This document shows positions 1-7,700 of a DNA stretch of 10,084 nt, one piece after another. The stretch covers positions 1 through 10,084 of the forward strand of contig JBGATO010000114.1 of the NCBI GenBank assembly GCA_044229145.1, read 5' to 3'. This DNA is from Candidatus Eiseniibacteriota bacterium. GTDB lineage: Bacteria > Eisenbacteria > RBG-16-71-46 > CAZEPH01. The notes below the pieces were generated by a model. It made no database searches. It saw only the letters and a list, made by a program, of their open reading frames with translations, and was not told where the DNA came from. A program made the position numbers and the translations under genes. Numbering within the stretch: position 1 is the stretch's first letter; the number at the start of each line of letters is the position of its first letter.

Positions 1-98
1 TTCACAGGACTTCGAGAGTACGCGACCGTTCGAGGGGGGACAGGATCGCGGACGCCGGTTCGGTGAACGCTCCGCCAACAGTCTAGTCATCCAACGAG

Positions 99-138
99 TC
101 GGGCCGCCCACCGCGAGGTGGGACGGCCCGATTTCTTT
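99..138 (+). terminator. Intrinsic terminator of a + strand transcript entering from the left; may also stop the convergent ETF-QO transcript
   Basis: TCGGGCCG-CCCACC [GCGA] GGTGGG-a-CGGCCCGA: 14-bp stem with a single bulged A and a GNRA tetraloop, followed directly by TTTCTTT (132-138). Confidence 0.8.
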
Positions 139-167
139 GGGTCGCCGCGTGGTGCGTGACGGAGAGT

Positions 168-1874
168 TTACAGGTCGACGTACCGCGGGCCGCCGCCGCC
201 CTCCGGCGGCACCCAGGTGATGATCTGGTACGGATCGGCGATGTCGCAGGTCTTGCAGTGCACGCAGTTCGACGGACTGATTTGCAGTTCCTTCTTGCCG
301 TTCGCGCCCTCCACCATCTCGTAAACGTTGGCGGGGCAGAAGTATTGGCAGGGGTTGCCATACTCCTCGGCGCAGCGGCCGTTACAGATCTCGGCGCGCT
401 TGATCTCGTCGATCACCAAGTGACAGGGCTGGTCCTCCTCGTGGCGGGTGCCCGAATAGTGGACGTCCATCAGCTTGGTGTAGAGGAACGCGTTGTCGAA
501 GCGCTTCTGCGTCTCCTCGAGCGAGGCGAAGGCACGTCCGCGCCGCTTCTCGAGGCGCTCGTGTCCAGCGTGTGGCTGCCGGCCGACCAGCGCCAGGGCG
601 CCGCCGCTCATGAATTGCAGCTGCGCGTTGACCAGGCCGAGGGTGCGCCCGTTCACGAAGCCCTGGTGGAACAGCCGCACTGCCTTGAGTTCGCGCCCGA
701 TGATGCTGTCCTGGATGCGCTGCTCGTACACCGCGAGCTGCGACGCCGAGTAGTCGCCGGCGAGGAGCGCCTCGAAGGCCGTCTCGGCGGCGAGCATCCC
801 CGACTTGATCGCCAGGTGGATGCCCTTGAGGCGAGCGGGATTGAGGGTGCCGGCGCTGTCGCCGACCAGCATCACGCCATCCGCGTAGGGCTTCGGCATG
901 CAGTAGTAGCCGCCTTCCGGGATGGCCTTGGCGCCGTAACTGACCAGCTTCCCGCCCTCGAGGAGCTGCTTGATCATCGGGTGCTGCTTGAACGCCTGCA
1001 GCATGCCGTGCGGATCGGTGGTCGGATCGTTCGAGTCGAGACCGGTGACGAACCCGACGTACCAGTGCGAGTCGTCGAGTCCGTACACGAACGAGCCGCC
1101 GAACGTGTGTTCCGGTAGCGGCCAGCCGAGCGAGTGGATGACGCGGCCGGTTTCGACGCTGCCGGCCGGCATCTCCCAGAGTTCCTTCACGCCGGTGGCG
1201 TACACCTGCGGGTCGCGGCCGGCGTCGAGGCCCTTGGAGGCGATCAGCTGCTTGGTGAGCGTGCCGCGCGGGCCTTCGCCGAGCACCGTGATCTTGGCGG
1301 TGAGGTTGACGCCCGGCTCGAACGTCGACTTGGGCTGGCCGTGCTTGTCGAGGCCTTTGTCGCCGGTCTGCACGCCGACCACGGCGCCGTTCTCCTCGAG
1401 CAGCTTCACGCCCGGGAATTCCGGCAGCACGTTGACGCCGAGTTCCTCGCACTGCGCCGCCATCCAGGTCACCAGGCGGCCGAGCGAGACCACGTAGTTG
1501 CCGTGGTTGTGCATGACCGGCGGCACGTAGGGCAGGCGGAACTGACCGGTGGCGGTGAAGACGTAGACGTCGTCGCGCGTGACCTGTGCGGTGACGGGCG
1601 CGCCGCGCTCGGCGAAATCGGGCATCCACTCGCGCAGGGTCGACGGGTCGAGCAGGCCGCCCGAGATGCCGAGCGAGCCGATATCCGGCCCCTTCTCGAT
1701 GACGGCGATGTTGACCTCGCCGAGCGGCGTGCCCTGTTTGGCACCGGAGGCGATCGCCTCGTCGTGCTCGCGGGCGAGGCGGGCCAGGTGGTAGGCGCCG
1801 GCCAGGCTCGCCGGCCCCGCACCCACGAAGACCACATCCATCTCGAGCACGTCGCGTTCGATTTCGTCGGACAT
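168..1874 (-). CDS. Electron transfer flavoprotein-ubiquinone oxidoreductase (ETF-QO / ETF dehydrogenase), 568 aa
   Basis: N-terminal ERDVLEMDVVFVGAGPAS FAD-binding motif; family motifs GNYVVSLG, GVQTGDKG, YATGVKELW, YGAKAIPEGG, KGIHLAIKSGMLAAE, SGTRHEEDQPCHL; C-terminal 4Fe-4S motif FCPANVYE...NCVHCKTCDI...WVPPEGGGGP. Start reassigned from 1922 to ATG 1874 because of the AGGAG Shine-Dalgarno at 1879-1883. Confidence 0.96.
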   Translation of the reverse strand: MSDEIERDVLEMDVVFVGAGPASLAGAYHLARLAREHDEAIASGAKQGTPLGEVNIAVIEKGPDIGSLGISGGLLDPSTLREWMPDFAERGAPVTAQVTRDDVYVFTATGQFRLPYVPPVMHNHGNYVVSLGRLVTWMAAQCEELGVNVLPEFPGVKLLEENGAVVGVQTGDKGLDKHGQPKSTFEPGVNLTAKITVLGEGPRGTLTKQLIASKGLDAGRDPQVYATGVKELWEMPAGSVETGRVIHSLGWPLPEHTFGGSFVYGLDDSHWYVGFVTGLDSNDPTTDPHGMLQAFKQHPMIKQLLEGGKLVSYGAKAIPEGGYYCMPKPYADGVMLVGDSAGTLNPARLKGIHLAIKSGMLAAETAFEALLAGDYSASQLAVYEQRIQDSIIGRELKAVRLFHQGFVNGRTLGLVNAQLQFMSGGALALVGRQPHAGHERLEKRRGRAFASLEETQKRFDNAFLYTKLMDVHYSGTRHEEDQPCHLVIDEIKRAEICNGRCAEEYGNPCQYFCPANVYEMVEGANGKKELQISPSNCVHCKTCDIADPYQIITWVPPEGGGGPRYVDL

Positions 1875-1935
1875 GGGGCTCCTTCGCAGCCGGACAAGGG
1901 GGCGGGCGCCGGGGCGCCGCACGATCGGACGGGCG

Positions 1936-1965
1936 AGGATAGCCAGCCGTTCTGGAGCGGGTCAA
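1936..1965 (-). promoter_or_regulatory. Sigma70-like promoter for ETF-QO
   Basis: On the - strand TTGACC (1965-1960), 18-nt spacer, TATCCT (1941-1936), about 60 nt upstream of the ATG at 1874. Confidence 0.55.
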
Positions 1966-2028
1966 CCGCGCCCGCCGCGGACCGCCTGGGGCCAGCCTCC
2001 CGGGTGTCCGCGCCGCCATACGTCTTGG

Positions 2029-2058
2029 TGGACGCGGCAGGGGGGAAGCTCGTACCAT
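2029..2058 (+). promoter_or_regulatory. Possible sigma70-like promoter for the kelch gene
   Basis: TGGACG (2029-2034), 18-nt spacer, TACCAT (2053-2058), about 80 nt upstream of ATG 2140; weak -35 match. Confidence 0.3.
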
Positions 2059-2139
2059 TGGTGTACCGGCCACGGTCCCCAGGGCCCATGCCGGCGGTCG
2101 TTTCCCCTGCCGCGCCGTATTCCCCGGGACCCTCCGCGC

Positions 2140-4626
2140 ATGCGCCGTCTCCGCCTACTGGTCCTCGCGCTCGGTTGCACGCTTGCCGTGTGTGCGCCGC
2201 GAGCGGGCGTCCACGCCCAGGAAGTCGACGAGCGGGCCGGCCGGCCCTCGTTGCCGGCTGTGGTGGTCGAACGCCTGCGCGCGCTCCCGGACGCCGCCCC
2301 GATGGCGCCGTGGCAGCGCATCTTGCTCGACCAGTTGACCGCCCGCGACAACTGCGACAGCCTGCCGGCCCAAGGCGACCCGCCAAACCACCAGGCGCTC
2401 GGCGATTCCAGCGATGGCATGTGGCTCGGGCTCAACATGCCGCGCGGCCGCTACTACCCGGGCGTGGTCTACGATCCGCTGCGCGACCGTCTCGTGGTGT
2501 TCGGGGGAATGGCCGGTTTCACGCCGCTCAACGATCTGTGGCAGCTCACGCTGCGCGGCACACCCGCGTGGACGCAATTGCAGCCGGCGGGAGCGCTGCC
2601 GCGCGCGCGCTACGGCTTCAGCATGGTCTACGACACGCATCACGACCAGGTCGTGGTGTTCGGCGGCGCGCCGGGTCTCTACCAGGGCTACCTGAACGAT
2701 GTCTGGACGCTGGCGCTCGGCGGCACCGTGCCGGTCTGGACGCAACTCGCGCCGGACGGCGTGGCGCCGGCCGCCCGCTACCTCGCCGCCGGGGCCTACG
2801 ATCCCGTGGGCGATCGCCTGGTGCTCTTCGGAGGCGACGGGGCGGCGTGGTACAACGACACGTGGGCCCTGAGCCTCGACGGCACGCCCACGTGGAGCGA
2901 GATCGCCACCCTCACGAAGCCCGTACCGCGCGCGCAAATGGCGGTCGCCTACGACGCGGCGCGTCGCCGCATGCTGATCTTCGGGGGCTACGAAACCAAC
3001 TCGAACACCAATGACCTCTGGGCGCTGTCGCTGGACGGCACGCCCAACTGGCAGCTGTTGCACCCGGTGGGACTCGGGCCCACCGCGCGCCGCGACGCGT
3101 GCGCCGTCTACGACGACGGCACCGACCAGTTCGTCGTGTTCGGGGGGTTCTCGACGCAGGAACTCAACGACTCCTGGGAACTGCCGCTGGTATCGATGGG
3201 CTGGATGCGCGTGCAGACCGTCGGCACGGTGCCGCCGGTACGTTACGGCGCGGGCGCGGCCTACGACATCCTCGCGCATCGCTTCCTGATGTTCGGCGGC
3301 GCCGCGAAATCCACCTCGTACAGCACGGCCGCGGCCTTGCCGTTGCGCGGCACGCCGCGCTGGACCTCGCTCAATCCGCCCACACCGCCGACCGCACGCT
3401 ACGCGGCGAGCGTCGCCTTCGATGCGGCGCGCGAGCGGCTGGTGGTGTTCGGCGGCATCAACTTCCTCGACTTCTACGCCGACGTGTGGGCGTTCGACCT
3501 CGCGACCTCGGCATGGACGGCGATGCAGCCGGCGGGCACGCCGCCGTCGCCGCGCGGCTACGCGTCGATGGTCTACGACGCGGCGCGCGATCGCGTGGTG
3601 CTCTTCGGCGGGCTCGCCGACTTCAACGGCACCGAACTCGGCGATGTGTGGGCGATGTCGCTGGGGGCGCAACCGGCGTGGGTGGCGCTGGCGCCGGGTG
3701 GCACCGCGCCGCGGCCGCGGTACGGGCATAGCGCCATCGTCGACGCGGTGCATGACCGCATGATCGTCTTCGGCGGCAGCACGGGGCTCGGCACCGTGTC
3801 GAGCGAAACGTGGGCGCTCGCGTTGGCGGATCCGCCGGCGTGGACGCCGGTGGCCACCTCGGCCACCTTGCGACCGGTGGCACCAGCGCGCTACCTGCAC
3901 GCGGCCGTCCTCGACGAGGCCGGGCGACGCATGATCGTCAGCTGCGGCAGCGGACTCAGCACATATCTCAACGACACCTGGAGTCTCGCGCTCGATGGCG
4001 ATCCGGTGTGGTCGCAGATTGCCGGCAGTCCCAGCACGCCGAAGGCGCGGGCGCAAACGCTGTCCGCCTTCGATGACGTGCACCGGCGGCTGCTGATGTT
4101 CGGGGGCTACGACGGCCGCTCCGATCTCAGCGACACCTGGGCGTTGTCGCTCGCCGGCACGCCGGCGTGGGAGCGGTTGACGCCGGTCGGTCTGACGCCG
4201 TACGCACGCCGCGACGGCGGTGCGGTGTTCGATCCGTCGACTCGGCGCTTCGTCGTGTTCGGCGGTTACGGCGGATTCCACACCTACAACGATCTCGCCG
4301 CGCTGCAGACGCCGGCCGCGCAAGCGCCGGGGCCGACGGCGCTCGCCCTCACGCCGCCGCTTGCCGGCGACGTCCTGCGGCTCGCGGACGTGCAACACGG
4401 TGCCTCGCTCGCGCTCACGCTCCGCGGCACGGTGCACGACGGCGCGACGCTCGCGGTGGTCGACGTGCGCGGCCGCTGCGTCGGCCGCTGGGCGCTGGAG
4501 GCGCACACGGCGGCGGATGGCCCACGCGGCCTGCGCGTCGACGCCCCACACACGCCGGGCATCTACTTCGCCGTCCTGCGGGACGGATACTCGCTCGCGC
4601 GGCAGCGCTTCTACCTCGCGCGCTAA
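2140..4626 (+). CDS. Secreted kelch-repeat protein (12 repeats, probably two 6-bladed propellers) with a C-terminal T9SS-CTD/FlgD-like domain, 828 aa
   Basis: Signal peptide MRRLRLLVLALGCTLAVCAPRAGVHA; 12 repeats of R..(6-7)..[YF]D....R[LM]V[VL]FGG......ND.W.L.....W.......P; tail ATLAVVDVRGRCV...PGIYFAVLRDG...RFYLAR. The ORF-track extension to 1873 overlaps the ETF-QO start/promoter and is not protein-like. Confidence 0.9.
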   Translation: MRRLRLLVLALGCTLAVCAPRAGVHAQEVDERAGRPSLPAVVVERLRALPDAAPMAPWQRILLDQLTARDNCDSLPAQGDPPNHQALGDSSDGMWLGLNMPRGRYYPGVVYDPLRDRLVVFGGMAGFTPLNDLWQLTLRGTPAWTQLQPAGALPRARYGFSMVYDTHHDQVVVFGGAPGLYQGYLNDVWTLALGGTVPVWTQLAPDGVAPAARYLAAGAYDPVGDRLVLFGGDGAAWYNDTWALSLDGTPTWSEIATLTKPVPRAQMAVAYDAARRRMLIFGGYETNSNTNDLWALSLDGTPNWQLLHPVGLGPTARRDACAVYDDGTDQFVVFGGFSTQELNDSWELPLVSMGWMRVQTVGTVPPVRYGAGAAYDILAHRFLMFGGAAKSTSYSTAAALPLRGTPRWTSLNPPTPPTARYAASVAFDAARERLVVFGGINFLDFYADVWAFDLATSAWTAMQPAGTPPSPRGYASMVYDAARDRVVLFGGLADFNGTELGDVWAMSLGAQPAWVALAPGGTAPRPRYGHSAIVDAVHDRMIVFGGSTGLGTVSSETWALALADPPAWTPVATSATLRPVAPARYLHAAVLDEAGRRMIVSCGSGLSTYLNDTWSLALDGDPVWSQIAGSPSTPKARAQTLSAFDDVHRRLLMFGGYDGRSDLSDTWALSLAGTPAWERLTPVGLTPYARRDGGAVFDPSTRRFVVFGGYGGFHTYNDLAALQTPAAQAPGPTALALTPPLAGDVLRLADVQHGASLALTLRGTVHDGATLAVVDVRGRCVGRWALEAHTAADGPRGLRVDAPHTPGIYFAVLRDGYSLARQRFYLAR
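2449..4308 (+). repeat. Coding tandem repeat: 12 kelch units of about 51-57 aa
   Basis: 11 FGG motifs plus one SCG variant (unit 10) at regular spacing; each unit begins after a P-x-x-R-type motif. Confidence 0.9.
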
Positions 4627-4651
4627 CCGCCGCGCCCTTTGCCCGGACGGT

Positions 4652-4673
4652 CGCCCCGCAGCCCCGCGGGGCG
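4652..4673 (+). other. Intergenic stem-loop between the kelch and tyrosinase-like/vWA genes (no U-tract; possible stabiliser or processing site)
   Basis: CGCCCCGC-agcccc-GCGGGGCG, perfect 8-bp stem inside the 85-nt spacer. Confidence 0.4.
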
Positions 4674-4711
4674 TGGGCCATTCACACGCTTCGAGCCGGA
4701 GGATCCTGACG

Positions 4712-7700
4712 ATGTCGACATCGCACATCCTGCGCCGTGTCATGCCCGCGATCGCGATCGCCGTGGGTGGTGCGTCCTGCGCGTTCGCCCTCGTGCAGCC
4801 GGCGTGGATGTACAACCAAGCCCACGTCGCGCACGATCCGATTCCGTGGGACAGCGGCCTGGCGGGCCGCGACGAACCGATCCAGCAACTCATCAAGGAC
4901 GACCACGACAACTGGACATCGCAAAAGTTGCCCGCCGCCTGTCTCGGCACCACCGACGACATGAGCGACTGGGGCGACGCGCTCATCCAGTATCACCGCG
5001 CGCTCAGCGACCGCTACGACCGCTGGCGTCTGGCCACCGGCTACGATCGCGTCGAAACCTGGGACGCGGCCCCCGGCGCCGTGATGACCGGCGACGGCGA
5101 GAACACCACCACCGCCTACGGCAACTGCGCGAGCGGCGGCACGCGCCCCGCCGGCACCGTGTGCGTGAATTGCAAGGCGTTCCCCACGGCGTTCATCGGG
5201 CCGGACAGCCTGGGTGCCTACGCGACGGAAGGTTTGGTCGGCAGCGACATGCAGTGCAAGACGTCGTTCAACGCGAGCTGGCACTCGCAGCTCCACGCGC
5301 AGACCACGGCGGCGGGCGGCGGCGTGTGCCAGGACATGACGCTCTTCGAGTGGAATCCGAACGATCCGATCTTCTGGATGACGCACCGCAAGCTCGATGT
5401 CACGGGGCGCGACTACAACCGGCTGCAGGCCACCGATTTCGTGCTCGTGCTCGACCGCTCGTCGGCGATGGACGACAACTGCCCGGGCGGCGACGCCAAC
5501 GCCGGCGAGACGCCGTGCCTGCTCAACGACTCGCGACTCGCCGCGCGCATGTTCCTCGACATGGTGCAGAACGTGCGGCCGGGCGTGGGGGCGGCGCAGC
5601 ATCGCGTCGGCGTCGTGACGTACGGCAGCGGCGCCACGGCGCTGCTCGGCGGCAGCTTGGTGGCCGCGAACGGCGCGGTGAGCAACGACGGTGTCGACGA
5701 CACGGCGCTCGAGACGGCGCTGGTCGCGCAGGGCGCGGGCGGCACACCGTCGCTGGCGGCCGGCATCGAGGCGGCGCGGCAGATGCTCGCGACCTCGACC
5801 GCGCCGCACAAGGTCATCGTCGTGCTGGCCGGTGCGCCCAACGACGGGAGTCTGTCGTACGCCGCGTTGCAGGACTCGCTCGGCGAGATCGACCTCGCGG
5901 CGATCGGCGTCGGCGCCGGCTTCAGCGATCCCGAGGATTCGCTGCGCACACTCGCGGAGAGCCACGGCGGCCTGTTCCTCGCGGATCCCGATCTGAGCGC
6001 CGCGCCGGTGACGTTGTGGAAGCACATCGCCACCGTGTTCGGCCACGTCACCGACGAGAACACCGCGCTCGATCCGGTCGAATCGATTCCTGCCGGCCAG
6101 GTGAGCAACGTGCCGTTCACGCTGCAGGCCTGCACGACGGATCGCCGCCTGACGTTCGTCTCCGCGCACGACGTCAGCGGAGCGAACGCATCGTGCGACC
6201 TCGCCTGGAACATCGTCACGCCGGCGGGGAATCTGGTGAACCTGAACGACGCGGGCGTCGAAGCGAGCGACGGTCCCGAGTGGAGCCTGGTGCGCGTCAC
6301 CCTGCCGTATCGCGGCGAGACCGCGGGCGTGTGGACCGGGGCGCTGGTGCGGCCGCAGACCACGTTCGTCAATCCCTTCGCGACCGACGCGTTCGTGTCG
6401 CTGGTCGCTGGCACGTCGCTGGTGCGCAACGAAATCCACCGGCTGATCCCGGCCGGCGCGGCGAACGTGCTCTACTACGAGGACGGCTCGCGCACCGGCA
6501 ACAGCGTCTACCGCAACGCGCTCAACGCCGACGTTACCGCCGGCACCATCACGACGCTGACCACCGCGACCAGCGCCGCCGACTTCAACACCAAGCTCGC
6601 GCAGTCGTGGGACCTCATCGTGTTCGCGCGCCAGATCGGGCTCAGCGCGCAGGTCTACGATGCCGCATTGCAGGCGAAGATCTGCGGCGGCCAGAAGGCG
6701 ATCCTCACCGACTTCTATCTGCCCGGCACCAATCCGATCCTCACCTGCGCCGGCGTGACGCTCGGGGCGCCGGCCAACTACGCGAGCCTCACCGGCGACG
6801 GCCGCTTCTTCACCGGCACGATCGGGCTGAAGAACACGACGCCGGCGTACACCAACTTCTGCTACACCGAAACGGCGTCGGTGAGCGGCGGGCCGTGGCT
6901 GGTGCAAGCGCGCACGCCGGCCAACGGCGGCGGCATCGTCGGCAACGGCACCGCGTGCGGCGCGCAGAGCGACTACTACGCGGCCTACGCGCGCGGCCTC
7001 GGCCGCATCGAGGCGACGGTGACGCGGCCGCGCGTCCTGGTCGGGCAGCCGCTGCTCGCCACCTTCCGCATGACCGAGGCAAACCGCCCGAGCGGCGGCT
7101 GGAGCGCGGTGTCCGGCACCGTGACGCTCGACCGCCCCGGCGCCGGCGCGCTCGAGACCTACACGCTCACCGACAACGCGACCAGCGGCGACATCTGCGC
7201 CGGCAACAACTACTGGTCCTACGGCACCGCGAGCACGATCGCCACGGTGCCGGGTCCGCACACGCTGCACGCCGCGTTCAACCTGACGAACGCGCAAGGC
7301 TGCGTGCTCCACCGCGAGACCGACTACACGATCTGGGTGGATGCCGATCCGGCGGTGACCTTCCGCGTCAACGGCAGCGACACGCGCGTGGTCAACGGCG
7401 GCGACTCGCTCAACCCGCTCGTCTGCGTCGTGAACCGTGGCGCCGCCGCCGACAGCTTCGTCGTCACCGTGACCGACACCCGCGGCTGGCTGGTGGATCG
7501 CGACGGCGCACCCGTGGGGAGCGCGAGCTACCACACCGGTCCGCTGAGCGGCGACACCGGCATCTGCACGCTCGAGATGAATCCGGTGTGGGTGTCGGTC
7601 AAGACGCCGGTCACCGCGCTCGACGGCGACAGCACGATCGTGACCTACTCGGCGCACTCGCTCGGCCACCCGGCCACTCCCGACCAGAGCGGCACGGTCG

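Noticed and set aside
20..77. tRNA/tmRNA-like words GGACGCCGGTTCG and CTCCGCCA
   Set aside because: No T-stem complement follows GGTTCG and no cloverleaf can be built from the visible sequence
168..1874. ETF-QO without adjacent etfA/etfB and with GAGPAS instead of GxGxxG
   Set aside because: Stand-alone ETF-QO genes are common, and all other FAD and 4Fe-4S motifs are intact
1873..2139. N-terminal extensions in the ORF track for the kelch (1873), vWA (4220), SDR (9505), IPTL-like (10017) and ETF-QO (1922) genes
   Set aside because: They overlap neighbouring genes or promoters; downstream ATGs have SD sequences and/or put signal peptides or family motifs at the N-terminus
2449..4308. Recurring DNA words such as GTGTTCGGCGG at about 155-170 nt spacing, superficially CRISPR-like
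   Set aside because: They are degenerate, in-frame and encode the kelch FGG motif; no identical repeats with unique spacers and no cas genes
2140..4626. Kelch protein as a galactose/glyoxal oxidase-type copper radical enzyme
   Set aside because: No recognisable Cys-Tyr cofactor or Tyr-His/His copper ligand motifs and no C-terminal galactose oxidase domain
4696..4705. Identical 10-mer CCGGAGGATC upstream of the vWA gene and, on the - strand, of the SDR gene (8880-8889)
   Set aside because: Explained by the shared GGAGG Shine-Dalgarno core; too short to imply a regulator site
4712..4790. Twin-arginine (Tat) signal in the tyrosinase-like protein (ILRRVM)
   Set aside because: Lacks the S/T-R-R-x-F-L consensus; RR in n-regions is common at high GC, so Sec export is at least as likely
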